From Nitrospira sp. (GTDB lineage Bacteria; Nitrospirota; Nitrospiria; Nitrospirales; Nitrospiraceae), in NCBI GenBank assembly GCA_047150005.1, contig AP038806.1:2048001-2112000 (forward strand): a stretch of DNA of 64,000 bases. The letters run 5' to 3'. The notes beneath the pieces are model-generated. The model searched no databases. It worked only from the letters and a program-made list of their open reading frames with translations, and had not been told where the DNA came from. Of this stretch, positions 1 through 9,731 are shown one piece after another; the first letter of the stretch is position 1, and every line of letters begins with the position of its first letter. The position numbers and the translations under genes are program-made.

Positions 1-57
1 CCTTTATTGACGATATGTTTATGCGCTACGCATCGGACTAATCAGCCCCATCCGCCG

Positions 58-87
58 TTGACAATTTTGCCGACCATCGGCTATCGT
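58..87 (+). promoter_or_regulatory. Putative sigma70 promoter (TTGACA-N18-TATCGT), 5 nt before the ATG at 93
   Basis: Hexamers read directly at 58-63 and 82-87. Confidence 0.55.
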
Positions 88-92
88 GAGCC

Positions 93-782
93 ATGCAAAC
101 CGATCGTGACCGGGATCCGCCTGGGTCCCCTGGACAGGACCGTGGGCCGTCGTTCCCCATTCCCAACCGCATTCCTATTTTTGCATTGCCAAACGTCGTC
201 TTGTTTCCGAAGACCTACCTGCCGCTGCACATTTTCGAGCCCCGCTATCGTCAAATGGTGGATGATGCCGTCGTGGCCGGCCAGTGTATCGGGATGGCCT
301 TGCTCAAGGAAGGCTGGGAACCGGGCTATCACGGCAATCCTCCGATCTATTCGATGGGGTGTGTCGGCCGGCTGGTGAGCGTGCAGCCCCTGGCGGACGG
401 GCGGTCCAATATCCTTCTGCAGGGACTCGAGCGGTTCGAGGTGGCGGAGGAGTCATACGACAAGGCTTATCGGCAAGCCAATATTCAGGTCAAACTCAGG
501 CCTTCGGAATCCGTGCTCGAAGAGGGCTTCCGCAAGCATCTCGTGTCGGTGCTCGAAGACTACCTCGGGACCCGCGAAGACGCGGTGGCCTGGCAAGGCT
601 GGTTTCGTGACGACATCAGCGACGAGATCCTGGTCCATACGCTGTCGTCCTATCTGGGCTGTACCGCGCTGGAAAAACAATTCTTGCTGGAGGCCGAAAG
701 CCTTCACCAACAGGCGCGCCGCCTCTGTGATCTGATTCACTTTCTCATGCACGGTCGCCACGGCGTGAAGGGTTGGGGATAG
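93..782 (+). CDS. LON peptidase substrate-binding (Lon N-terminal) domain protein, stand-alone
   Basis: IPIFALPNVVLFP...LPLHIFEPRYRQMV and DGRSNILLQGLERF motifs; no AAA or protease domain. Confidence 0.9.
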   Translation: MQTDRDRDPPGSPGQDRGPSFPIPNRIPIFALPNVVLFPKTYLPLHIFEPRYRQMVDDAVVAGQCIGMALLKEGWEPGYHGNPPIYSMGCVGRLVSVQPLADGRSNILLQGLERFEVAEESYDKAYRQANIQVKLRPSESVLEEGFRKHLVSVLEDYLGTREDAVAWQGWFRDDISDEILVHTLSSYLGCTALEKQFLLEAESLHQQARRLCDLIHFLMHGRHGVKGWG

Positions 783-787
783 ATAAT

Positions 788-1759
788 ATGGACCGGGCGA
801 TCGCGATCGACGTCTCTCATCTGTCCAAGTCCTACGACGGCCATGCAGCCGTGGCCGACATTTCGTTTCAAGTCTATACGGGAGAAATCTTCGGACTGCT
901 CGGCCCCAACGGAGCCGGGAAAAGCACGACCTTGCGCACTCTGATCACCTTGTTAGCGCCCACCTCCGGGTCCGCCGTCGTCTTGGGACACGATTCGGTC
1001 AAGGATGCCGATACGGTTCGGCAGCTGATCGGCTACGTCCCGCAAGAGCGGGCCATCGACCGGTTCTTGACCGGACGCGAGCACCTGGAACTGCTGGCCG
1101 CCCTCTATCATTTGCCGAAGGCTGAAGCGGTCCGGCGGATCGCCGAATTGCTGAAGCTGGTGGAGTTGGAATCGCATGCCGACCGTCCGGCCAAAACCTA
1201 CTCAGGGGGCATGAAGCGCAAGCTCGACATCGCCTGCGGCCTGCTCCCGAATCCGAAGATTCTCTTCCTGGATGAACCGACGTTGGGTTTGGACGTCCAG
1301 AGCCGGCTCCGCATCTGGGAGTATGTCCGCATGCTGAAGGCCAGGGGGATGACCGTCGTCATGACGACGAACTATCTGGACGAGGCGGATCAACTGTGTG
1401 ACCGACTGGCGATCATCGACGGGGGGAAGATCAAGATCATCGGCTCCCCGATCGAGCTGAAGGTCGGGCTGGGCGGCGATATCGTCTCCCTGACGTTGAA
1501 GGAGACCGATTGCGTTCAGGCCCTGGCCGCATCGCTCAAAGGTCAGCCGGCGATTCGAGCTGTCAATGCCACGGCCGCAGGATTGGACATCCGGGTTGAG
1601 TCACCCGAGAAGGCTTTGCCGGCGATCCTCGAATCGGCGAACCGGCTGGGTTGCGGGCTCGAGTTCGTCCGGTACAACCGCCCGCGGTTGGACGACGTCT
1701 TTATCGCCCACACGGGCCGGCGCATCCAAGAAGAATCTCCGAATGCCGGGAGTGATTAG
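788..1759 (+). CDS. ABC transporter ATP-binding protein (DrrA/ABC-2 exporter type)
   Basis: Walker A GPNGAGKST, signature YSGGMKRKL, Walker B LFLDEPT; start taken at ATG 788. Confidence 0.93.
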   Translation: MDRAIAIDVSHLSKSYDGHAAVADISFQVYTGEIFGLLGPNGAGKSTTLRTLITLLAPTSGSAVVLGHDSVKDADTVRQLIGYVPQERAIDRFLTGREHLELLAALYHLPKAEAVRRIAELLKLVELESHADRPAKTYSGGMKRKLDIACGLLPNPKILFLDEPTLGLDVQSRLRIWEYVRMLKARGMTVVMTTNYLDEADQLCDRLAIIDGGKIKIIGSPIELKVGLGGDIVSLTLKETDCVQALAASLKGQPAIRAVNATAAGLDIRVESPEKALPAILESANRLGCGLEFVRYNRPRLDDVFIAHTGRRIQEESPNAGSD

Positions 1760-1788
1760 TTTTTGGAACTCGAAACGGGTATGAAACG

Positions 1789-2568
1789 ATGAACGAGTAC
1801 TGGCAAGAAATTCAGGCCTTGACCATGCGGTGGGTTCGCCGGCTGAGCCGCGAAAAGTTCAGCATGCTGTTTACGCTGGTCCAGCCGATGCTGTTCTGGC
1901 TGATTTTTTTCGGCAATCTGTTCCAGCGCGCCGCCGATTCGCAGGTCATGCAGGCTCCGAACTATATCAGTTTCCTTGCGGCCGGCGTCGTCGTCATGAC
2001 GGTACTCAACAACGGCCTGGCCGGAGGAGTGGATCTCCTCTTCGACAAGGAGAACGGGTTCCTTGAGCGTCTCATGTCCACCCCGATCCGCCGAAGCTCC
2101 GTCATTCTCAGCCGGTTTCTCTTCGTGATGACGATCACCTCCCTGCAAGTGCTGGTCATCTTGGGCGTGGCCTTTCTGTTCGGCGTCCGTCCGGCGACCG
2201 GCTTGCTCGGTATCGCGGTCATCTTGTTGATCGGTATTTTATTCGGCGTCGGATTGACGGCGATTTCCATGGCCATGGCCTTCTCCGTCAAGAGTCACGG
2301 CGATTTCTTCTCGGTGCTCGGCTTTCTGTCGCTTCCCATGATATTCTTGAGTTCGGCGTTGGTGCCGCTGGCGGCGATGCCGGGATGGATGGGATTTCTT
2401 GCTCAGTTCAATCCCATGACCTGGGCCATCGATGCCGTGCGGCCGTTGATTCTCTCCAGCTGGGCGGACGCGCTTCCGCACGTGGGGATGGTCGTAGTGG
2501 TGATGATCGTCTTCGATGCGCTGTGTCTGTACGGCGGCGCCAAGGCGTTTCGGCGGGCGATGGGCTAG
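1789..2568 (+). CDS. ABC-2 type transporter permease
   Basis: About 6 hydrophobic segments, DKENGFLERLMSTP and NPMTWAIDAVR motifs; follows the ATPase. Confidence 0.92.
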   Translation: MNEYWQEIQALTMRWVRRLSREKFSMLFTLVQPMLFWLIFFGNLFQRAADSQVMQAPNYISFLAAGVVVMTVLNNGLAGGVDLLFDKENGFLERLMSTPIRRSSVILSRFLFVMTITSLQVLVILGVAFLFGVRPATGLLGIAVILLIGILFGVGLTAISMAMAFSVKSHGDFFSVLGFLSLPMIFLSSALVPLAAMPGWMGFLAQFNPMTWAIDAVRPLILSSWADALPHVGMVVVVMIVFDALCLYGGAKAFRRAMG

Positions 2569-2634
2569 GGCGCGTGGACTCCGAAGCAGTCACGGCGTTG
2601 ACCATCTTGCCGACGGGGTGGTAGAGAGTTCACC

Positions 2635-3498
2635 ATGGTGGTCATTCCGGAAAGTCAGATCAGGGCCCTCATCCGATTGCTGGCCGATGAGGATGAGAGA
2701 ATCGTCCAGACGATCAGCGACAAGCTGATCGACATCGGTCCCTCCGCGGTCCCCCTCCTCCAGGAAGCTGAAATCGAACAGCCGGAAATGGCTGAACGGA
2801 TTGCGTCCGTCTTGGAAGAGATTCGAGGCGGCAAGCTCGAAGACGAGCTTCTGCGGCTCGTTACGCTTCCGGATGATCAGGTGGATCTGGAGCAAGGCGG
2901 CTTCTTGATCGCCCGGTATGCATATCCCTCGCTTGACGTACCGGTCTATACCCGGTTGCTCGATGAGATGGCCCAAGAGGTGCAGGACCGCATCGGTCCG
3001 CGGGCATCAGGGGAAGAAACCGTCAAGACTCTGAACCGATATCTGTTCACGGAACAGGGGTTCAAGGGAAACACCAAGAACTATTACGAGGTCGAAAACA
3101 GCTATCTGAACCGCGTGATCGACCGGCGAACCGGCATTCCCATCAGTCTATCGGTCGTCTACTTGTTGATCGGCAAGCGGCTGCGTCTTCCGGTCCACGG
3201 CATCGGCATGCCTGGGCATTTCCTCGTCAAGTATGAATCGGATCGATACAAGATCTTCGTCGATTGCTTCAACGGTGGAGCGTTGCTCACCGAGAAGAAC
3301 TGTCAGCGATTTCTCACGGAAGCCGGATACGGGTTCGACGAGAAATACCTGCAACAAAGCCCCGTCCGTGCGGTCCTCTCGCGCATGACCAAGAATCTCT
3401 TGGCCATTTACGCCAAACTCGATGATCCGATCCGAAAGTCCCGCCTGAGCCGGTTCATCGAGATCCTGGGGTGTGACAACCGAGAAGGCGGCCTCTAG
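2635..3498 (+). CDS. SirB1 / transglutaminase-like (Transglut_core2) family protein
   Basis: FKGNTKNYY..ENSYLNRVIDRRTGIPISLSVVY and GIGMPGHFLV motifs. Confidence 0.88.
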   Translation: MVVIPESQIRALIRLLADEDERIVQTISDKLIDIGPSAVPLLQEAEIEQPEMAERIASVLEEIRGGKLEDELLRLVTLPDDQVDLEQGGFLIARYAYPSLDVPVYTRLLDEMAQEVQDRIGPRASGEETVKTLNRYLFTEQGFKGNTKNYYEVENSYLNRVIDRRTGIPISLSVVYLLIGKRLRLPVHGIGMPGHFLVKYESDRYKIFVDCFNGGALLTEKNCQRFLTEAGYGFDEKYLQQSPVRAVLSRMTKNLLAIYAKLDDPIRKSRLSRFIEILGCDNREGGL

Positions 3499-3620
3499 CC
3501 GAACGTCCACAATCCCTTTGGGCTTCGTTCTCGCATCGCTCAAAGGCTCGACGTACCAGCAAACGTACGACTCACCTTCTCGCTCGCTGCGGCCTTGCGC
3601 AAGACGATTCTGAACATCTT
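3499..3620. repeat. Intergenic dispersed repeat / MITE-like element between convergent genes
   Basis: Core GGCTTCGTTCTCGCATCGCTCAA...CGTAC...GTACG matches a second copy at 10549-10600; ends are imperfectly inverted. Confidence 0.55.
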
Positions 3621-3625
3621 GAGAA

Positions 3626-4381
3626 CTATACTTTGATTATCAACAGATCCTTCCCCATCGTAATCCGTCCGGTAAACTCTTCCCCCGCCTGTGCCCGCAC
3701 GTCATATCGCTCGGCGATCGGATAGAAATGAGACAACACGAGGCGGCCGAGCCCCGCCTCCTTCGCGACCAGGCCACATTGGCCCGCGTGCAGATGCGCC
3801 GGCCCCGGTTTATTCGCGGGGAAGGAGCAATCGAGCACCGCCACGTCGGCCTCTCCGCACAGCCGCACCAAGTTGTCGCAGTATTGTGTATCGCCGGAGT
3901 ATGCGACGGTCTTTCCGCGATACTCGATGCGGTAACCGATGCAATGCAGATCCGGCACATGGGTCATGATGCGCGGAACGATCCGCGTCTCTCCGATCAT
4001 GAAGCTGCGGTCGCTCACTTCACGGAACGTCACGCGAAAGGGCGGGCGCGCAAAGCTCGGGAAGGTGGACATGATTGTTCCAAGGAGCCGTTTCGATCCC
4101 CGCGGGCCGATCACCGTCAAGTCCGGCCGAGCGCCTCCTCCGTATTTCATGTAGATCACCGCATCGAAAAAGAAGGTGATGAAATCCGAGAAGTGGTCGG
4201 CGTGAAAATGGGAGAAGAGGATGTGGGTGATCCGGTGGCGATCCACGCCGGTTTTCAGCAGATTCATCAGGGTACGCGGCCCGAAGTCGAGGAGCAGCGT
4301 CTGATCCGTCCGGACCAGGTAGCCGGCGGCCGCGCGCGCGGGATGCAGGTTCGTGCCGGATCCGAGAATCGTCAGTTGCAT
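3626..4381 (-). CDS. MBL-fold metallo-hydrolase (RNase Z-like)
   Basis: MQLTILGSGT start, LLLDFG, SHFHADH, YSGDT, LVLSHFYP; start at 4381 rather than the 4960 ORF-track start. Confidence 0.9.
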   Translation of the reverse strand: MQLTILGSGTNLHPARAAAGYLVRTDQTLLLDFGPRTLMNLLKTGVDRHRITHILFSHFHADHFSDFITFFFDAVIYMKYGGGARPDLTVIGPRGSKRLLGTIMSTFPSFARPPFRVTFREVSDRSFMIGETRIVPRIMTHVPDLHCIGYRIEYRGKTVAYSGDTQYCDNLVRLCGEADVAVLDCSFPANKPGPAHLHAGQCGLVAKEAGLGRLVLSHFYPIAERYDVRAQAGEEFTGRITMGKDLLIIKV

Positions 4382-4404
4382 GGAAAAGCCGGGCCTCGTG
4401 AACC

Positions 4405-4857
4405 TTAGCCGTTCCCCTGAAAACTGTCGCGTAGTCTGGTCAGGAGAAGGCACACCGTCTCCGCCTCCTTGGAACTGAGCGCCCGCTCGAAATAGGGCCT
4501 GAGGAACGCGATGTGGGACGCGAAGGTCTTTCTGAAAAGGGCATTCCCCTTGTCGGTGAGCGTAACCCTGGTGCTCCGCCGGTCCTGGGCGACCTGTTCG
4601 CGGCGGATCAACCCCTTCCTGACCAGGCGATCGAGTACTCCCGTGAGGGTCCCCTTGGTGACGAGCGTGCGCGCAGACAGCTCGGTGCAGGTCATGCCGT
4701 CCGTGTCGCCGAGCGTGGCGATGACGTCGAATTGCGAAGGCGTGAGCCGCATCGCGCGGATGTGACGGCTGTCGATGCGCCAAAATGCCAGGTAGGTTTC
4801 CACTAACGGACGAAGCACCCGCAGATGGGGATCGTCTTTGAGGTCCGGCAGATCCAT
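4405..4857 (-). CDS. MarR family transcriptional regulator
   Basis: LTPSQFDVIATL, TKGTLTGVLDRLVRKGLIRR, DRRSTRVTLTDKG. Confidence 0.92.
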   Translation of the reverse strand: MDLPDLKDDPHLRVLRPLVETYLAFWRIDSRHIRAMRLTPSQFDVIATLGDTDGMTCTELSARTLVTKGTLTGVLDRLVRKGLIRREQVAQDRRSTRVTLTDKGNALFRKTFASHIAFLRPYFERALSSKEAETVCLLLTRLRDSFQGNG

Positions 4858-4864
4858 GAGAATA

Positions 4865-4894
4865 AGAATAGTCCGCACTAGAACGAATCGTCAA
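4865..4894 (-). promoter_or_regulatory. Putative sigma70 promoter of marR-MBL (TTGACG-N18-TATTCT), 7 nt before the ATG
   Basis: Reverse complement reads TTGACG attcgttctagtgcggac TATTCT tattctc ATG. Confidence 0.6.
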
Positions 4895-4992
4895 GAGTGC
4901 GAGGGTGGGCGGGGGAGATCGACTGTGTTCGTTCGACGCGCGCACTCGAGGAGGAACCAAGCCGCCCGCGAAGAAAGAGGCGTGCCAGTCCG

Positions 4993-5021
4993 TTGACGGA
5001 CAGATCTCCCGTACCTATGAT
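4993..5021 (+). promoter_or_regulatory. Putative sigma70 promoter (TTGACG-N17-TATGAT)
   Basis: Near-consensus hexamers, 9 nt before ATG 5031. Confidence 0.6.
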
Positions 5022-5030
5022 GCGGCTTGG

Positions 5031-5669
5031 ATGAAGCGCGCCGAGTCCGGCCAAGCCAACCTCACGTCGATCCTCATCCTATTGGGAGCCGTGATCGCCT
5101 GCGTCTGGATCTGGAAACGTCTGGATCTGGACACGCAAGAGTACGTGATCGACCAGGCGATTCCCTTCGCATTCGCCGGTCTCCTGATCGCCTCGGGCCT
5201 GTGGATGCTGGTGCGTGCCATCCGTCGCAGACAGACCAAGCACCGACGGAGAGAGCGACTCATAGCCCTGTTTCAACGGGAGACCGCTCGAGACAAACAA
5301 CTGGAGGCGGCGTTCGCCTTGATCGAGGTGAACGAGTATCGTCTCGACGGCTTGGAGCCGGTCATCCCGGCACTGAAAGAACTGTTTTCAACGACGCTTC
5401 AGCGCGCGCTGGGCGACAAACAGCACCGCATCCGCGGGATGGCTGCCAGCCATCTCGGTGTCCTGCAGGACAAGAGCGTGGTCCCGCTGCTGATCAACGC
5501 CTTGGAAGACGACCATGCCTATGTCCGATCCTGTGCCGCCTTGGGGTTGGGCCGCCTTCGCGCGGCCGAGACGCGCGACCGCTTGGTGCGTCTGATGGAG
5601 GAAGATTGGGATCAAACGGTCCGGAGCCGCGCGAGGGAGGCGGTGGAGCGGATGGGGCTGGGAACCTGA
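5031..5669 (+). CDS. Membrane-anchored HEAT-repeat protein
   Basis: Two N-terminal TM segments, then HEAT/PBS-lyase repeats (ALEDDHAYVRSCAALGLGRL). Confidence 0.85.
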   Translation: MKRAESGQANLTSILILLGAVIACVWIWKRLDLDTQEYVIDQAIPFAFAGLLIASGLWMLVRAIRRRQTKHRRRERLIALFQRETARDKQLEAAFALIEVNEYRLDGLEPVIPALKELFSTTLQRALGDKQHRIRGMAASHLGVLQDKSVVPLLINALEDDHAYVRSCAALGLGRLRAAETRDRLVRLMEEDWDQTVRSRAREAVERMGLGT

Positions 5670-5689
5670 AGGCCGGGGTTGTTGGACCG

Positions 5690-6547
5690 TTAAGCGGCCC
5701 GGACGCCCGCTTGTTCATCCACCCAGTCGATCACCCCGATCTCAGGCTTGCAGCGATACCGAAACGGAATGAACGACCAGCCGAGTCCCCGGTTGATGTA
5801 CAGACGGTGACGGCTGGTCTCATGCGTTCCGTCGATCCGACCGTTGCAGCCGGGTGGAAGCCAGAACGTCGGGACTCCTGGGAACCGCCATTGGCCGCCG
5901 TGACTGTGCCCGCAGAGGATGAGATCGACCACGTGATGCTCCCTCAACTGGTCGAGAATGTTCGGCGCATGGGCCAAGAGGAGGGTGAAGCGTCGTTGCG
6001 CGGGTAGAGGGACGCATGAAAGATCTGCGCGATGTAAACTGGGATCGTCCACTCCCGCGATGGCGAGTTCGCCCACTCCGGTCGCAATGTAGGTCGTCCG
6101 GTTCACCAGCAGCGTGATGCCGTGGCGTTCCGCCAGCAGCTCAAAATGCGACGGAGGGACGCCACTGTAGTGGTCATGATTCCCCAAGGTGACGAACACC
6201 GGGGCGATATTGCGCAAGTTGGCGAGGAAGCGAAACAGGTGGGGCAGCCCTTCCGGGACGTTCAACAGATCGCCGGTGATGAAGATCCAATCCGGCGACA
6301 ACTCATCGATCGCCTCGACGATCCGGTCATGTCGCGGGTGGTAGCGGTCGAGGTGCAAATCGCTCAGGTGAACGGCGCGGCGTCCCGCCAGCGGGCCATG
6401 GACCTGCGTGATCGTGGTGATTTCGTGCTGGCCCAGACCGACTTCCCACTCCGGCACCAGGCTGAAAAGGTGATAGAGGGGCTCGCTCAAACAGGATCCG
6501 ACCCACGAACGGACACGATCCGGCCAACCCGCCCCCTGCACCGTCAT
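5690..6547 (-). CDS. Metallophosphoesterase (YkuE-like, calcineurin-like)
   Basis: HLSDLH, ITGDL, LGNHDH, LAHAP, CGHSHGGQ motifs; ATGA overlap with the upstream gene. Confidence 0.9.
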   Translation of the reverse strand: MTVQGAGWPDRVRSWVGSCLSEPLYHLFSLVPEWEVGLGQHEITTITQVHGPLAGRRAVHLSDLHLDRYHPRHDRIVEAIDELSPDWIFITGDLLNVPEGLPHLFRFLANLRNIAPVFVTLGNHDHYSGVPPSHFELLAERHGITLLVNRTTYIATGVGELAIAGVDDPSLHRADLSCVPLPAQRRFTLLLAHAPNILDQLREHHVVDLILCGHSHGGQWRFPGVPTFWLPPGCNGRIDGTHETSRHRLYINRGLGWSFIPFRYRCKPEIGVIDWVDEQAGVRAA

Positions 6548-7176
6548 TTCATGACCCGATCCAGGTCGGCCCGGTCCCCCGCTGTGACCCGATAGCCTCG
6601 GTCGTAGAGGAGGCCCATGCTTTTCATGACGTCGTCGAGATTGCGGACTTGGTACCAACGGTCGAATCGTTCCGTCAGTGCCGCTGCAGGAACGTGTGGC
6701 GGATCATTCGGATCCAAATTCAGCGAGAGGGAGGAGAAAAGATCCCGAAGCTCGGCGGCATTGTACGTATGATCGTCGTTTCGATCGGCGACCAGGGCCA
6801 GTTCATACACCGTCAGACCGACCGACAGTTGCGCCTGGGTCTTCGCGAAGTCGTCTCGCGCGGCATCCATGCTGGGGTAGATCGCAGGGCAATCTTTCTC
6901 AGGCTGGGAGAAGGCGCTTGGATGCCAGTCGATGCCCTGGACGACCGGCGGCGGGGTCTTGGTTCCTTTGTAGAACCACGATAAGCAGGTACTGGCTTGG
7001 GCGAAGGCCGCCTTATCCCGCTGGACGTGACGGAGGATATGCCGCGAGAATCGCGGGAACACGCTGTCGTCTGCCGCCGGTGCCGCTTGTGCCGGAGTGA
7101 TCGACGCGGTAACGGCCAGAAGAAGGGCTGACGGCACGACCAGACGTCGTGCGCGTAACGAATGCGCGGGAATCAT
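6544..7176 (-). CDS. Secreted hypothetical protein with an EF-hand-like loop
   Basis: Signal-peptide-like N-terminus (RRLVVPSALLLAV..AQA), DRNDDHTYNAAE loop; extended -10 TGgTATACT 6 nt upstream of ATG 7176. Confidence 0.7.
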   Translation of the reverse strand: MIPAHSLRARRLVVPSALLLAVTASITPAQAAPAADDSVFPRFSRHILRHVQRDKAAFAQASTCLSWFYKGTKTPPPVVQGIDWHPSAFSQPEKDCPAIYPSMDAARDDFAKTQAQLSVGLTVYELALVADRNDDHTYNAAELRDLFSSLSLNLDPNDPPHVPAAALTERFDRWYQVRNLDDVMKSMGLLYDRGYRVTAGDRADLDRVMK

Positions 7177-7254
7177 GCGGAAAGTATACCATGAAGGGGT
7201 GCGAAATCTGACGGACCGGCCGGCCGGTCGCGTCCTATCCATTGACGGTGTGCC

Positions 7255-8283
7255 ATGAGCCAGCCTTATCTGACCGCCGCACTTCCCGGGATCGGTGGGC
7301 GTATCAGGGCCGTTCCGGAGGACTTTCAGGTGGAAGAGGTGCCCTTGTATCTTCCCTGCGGGGAAGGTGAGCACCTCTATGTCAAGATCACCAAGAGAGC
7401 GCTGTCCACTCCGGATCTGATCCGTAGGATTTCGTCGGTCCTGGGCATCAAGGTGCAAGGCATCGGATCTGCCGGCTTCAAAGATGCGCGGGCCGTGACG
7501 ACACAAATGCTCTCTCTGCATGGCGTCACCGCGGAGCGGATGGAACGGCTCAAGATCGACGAACAGCTGTTGTCGGTGGAGATATTGGGGCGGCACCGCA
7601 ACCGACTGCGTCCCGGACACCATGCAGGGAACCGATTTCGATTGGTGGTACGGGATCCGGCAGACCATGCGGGCCGGACCGTTCCCTTGATCCTGGGGGT
7701 GCTCCGTGAGCGCGGGGTGCCCAATTATTTCGGGCCGCAGCGACAGGGGCGACGAGGGGACAACTATCAGGTGGGAGCCGAGCTGCTGGCGGACGAAGCC
7801 CGGCGCCAAAAGATGAGCCGCGCCAAGCGCATGTGGTATCTGAACAGCCTGCAGTCCCACCTGTTCAATCAGATTCTGGCCCGGCGGATCGATCGGCTGG
7901 ATCGGGTGTTCGCCGGCGATTGGGCGATGAAGACCGAGAACGGCGCGTGCTTTCTTGTCGAAAACGCCGAACAGGAGCAGCCTCGGGCGGACCGGTTCGA
8001 GATCAGCCCGACCGGCATTCTCTTCGGATCGCGCGTGTCCTGGGCCGACGGGGAGCCGGGAGTAATCGAACGGGCCGTCGTGAGCGAAAACGGTGCAACG
8101 CCGGAACGCCTGACCGAGGCCGCGAAGGCCTGTGGATTTCGCGGTGAACGCCGGCCGTTGCGGGTGAGACTGGACCCGGTCGAGTGGACCTTGGACGACA
8201 ACGTTCTGACCGTCGGGTTTTCTCTTCCTCCCGGCGCCTATGCGACCAATGTGTTGCGGGAGCTGATGAAAACTCCCGAGTGA
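7255..8283 (+). CDS. truD: tRNA pseudouridine(13) synthase TruD
   Basis: PEDFQVEE, AGFKDARAVTTQ, GNRFRLVVR, VPNYFGPQRQG, FSLPPGAYAT. Confidence 0.95.
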   Translation: MSQPYLTAALPGIGGRIRAVPEDFQVEEVPLYLPCGEGEHLYVKITKRALSTPDLIRRISSVLGIKVQGIGSAGFKDARAVTTQMLSLHGVTAERMERLKIDEQLLSVEILGRHRNRLRPGHHAGNRFRLVVRDPADHAGRTVPLILGVLRERGVPNYFGPQRQGRRGDNYQVGAELLADEARRQKMSRAKRMWYLNSLQSHLFNQILARRIDRLDRVFAGDWAMKTENGACFLVENAEQEQPRADRFEISPTGILFGSRVSWADGEPGVIERAVVSENGATPERLTEAAKACGFRGERRPLRVRLDPVEWTLDDNVLTVGFSLPPGAYATNVLRELMKTPE

Positions 8284-8366
8284 CGTCCGCTCATCCGCGT
8301 CGCCGGGCGGCCGTTCCGCTGCTCCTCCGACCGGTTCCGCGTGATAAAATTGATACGAGGCTCTGT

Positions 8367-9611
8367 ATGGTAGAAGCGCAAGAGACGGTCGTCCTCAAGG
8401 GCCACATCATCGATTCGCTGATTCTGGCGAAAGTGCTGGACACCATTCTCATGATGGGCGGCACGTTCGATCTGCGCGAGGTGTCGATTGGAACAACCAG
8501 ACAGGAACCTTCCCTCGCGCGCATTCTCGTGCGGGCCTCGTCCCCCCCACTGCTGACCGACATTCTCCGGGCGATCCAACCCCATGGTGCGGCGGTCGAG
8601 CGCGAGTCGGATTGCCGCTATGAAGCCGCTCCGGCCGACGGGGTCTTTCCCGAGGACTTCTATGCGACGACGCACCTGCCCACGCAAGTACGGCTGGAGG
8701 GGCGATGGCTCGACGTCGAGCGGATCGAAATGGACCTCGGCATCCTTGTAGACCTGGAGTCGCGGGGAGCACATGCGATCCCCATGGGTGAGGTGAAACG
8801 GGGTGAGCTGGTCGTCTGCGGCCGGTCGGGTGTCCGTGTGAGCCCACTCCAGCGTCCGCAAGAGCACGATGTCTTCAGCTTCATGGAGTCTCAGGTTTCG
8901 GCGGAGCGGCCGCACGGCCATATCATCGCCGATGTGGCCACACGCATGAAGGTCCTGCGTGACCGCCACCGCGCAGGGCTTCCGGACGCCAAGGTCCTGC
9001 TGGCCGGAGGGCCGGCCATCATTCATGCGGGAGGGCGGGAGGCCTTGACGTGGCTGGTCGAGGCGGGCTTCATCCAGGTTCTGTTCTGCGGCAACGCCTT
9101 GGCGGCACACGACATGGAGGCGGACCTGTACGGCACGTCCTTGGGCTACGGTCTGTCGGCTGGCCGAGTCGTTCCGCACGGGCATGAGCATCATTTGCGG
9201 ACGATCAACCGTATCCGTGCGATCGGCAGCATCGCCGCCGCCGTGGAGCGCGGGACGATCAAGCAGGGGATCATGGCGGCCTGCGTGCATCACGGTGTCC
9301 GGATCGTGATGGCCGGTACGATTCGCGATGATGGACCATTGCCCGGGGTCATCACGGACTCGGTCCTCGCGCAGGCGGCCATGCGGGCGGCGATTCCCGG
9401 GGTCGGCCTGGCGCTGCTCATCGCATCCACACTCCATTCGGTCGCCACCGGCAACCTGCTGCCGGCCACGGTTCCAACGGTGTGCGTCGACGTGAATCCG
9501 GCGGTTCCCACCAAGTTGGCCGATCGAGGGAGTTTTCAAGCGGTCGGATTGGTCATGGACGCGGCCTCGTTTCTGCGTGAACTCTCGCGCGCATTGGGAG
9601 CGACGCTGTGA
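8367..9611 (+). CDS. TIGR00300 / LOR-SDH family protein, putative ornithine cyclodeaminase (ArgZ/AgrE C-terminal-like)
   Basis: GHIIDSLIL, FSFM..VSAERP, GNALAAHD, GHEHHL, AGTIRDDGPLP, VDVNP...KLADRGS; extended -10 TGaTAAAAT at 8342-8350. Confidence 0.88.
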   Translation: MVEAQETVVLKGHIIDSLILAKVLDTILMMGGTFDLREVSIGTTRQEPSLARILVRASSPPLLTDILRAIQPHGAAVERESDCRYEAAPADGVFPEDFYATTHLPTQVRLEGRWLDVERIEMDLGILVDLESRGAHAIPMGEVKRGELVVCGRSGVRVSPLQRPQEHDVFSFMESQVSAERPHGHIIADVATRMKVLRDRHRAGLPDAKVLLAGGPAIIHAGGREALTWLVEAGFIQVLFCGNALAAHDMEADLYGTSLGYGLSAGRVVPHGHEHHLRTINRIRAIGSIAAAVERGTIKQGIMAACVHHGVRIVMAGTIRDDGPLPGVITDSVLAQAAMRAAIPGVGLALLIASTLHSVATGNLLPATVPTVCVDVNPAVPTKLADRGSFQAVGLVMDAASFLRELSRALGATL

Positions 9612-9731
9612 GTTGAGGAGGGCGCGGCGGTCAGCCAAGCCGGCGACGAGTCGACGCTGTTCCCATGGTCAACCGAACTAAGATTGCCGCATGAGGAACG
9701 ACGTCAACCGTGATCCGCGCGGAGGCGGGAC

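Noticed and set aside
4895..4990. Structured RNA or riboswitch between marR and the HEAT gene
   Set aside because: There is some self-complementarity (GAGTGCG/CGCACTC, GGCGGG/CCCGC), but I cannot match it to a family or find a second copy in the window.
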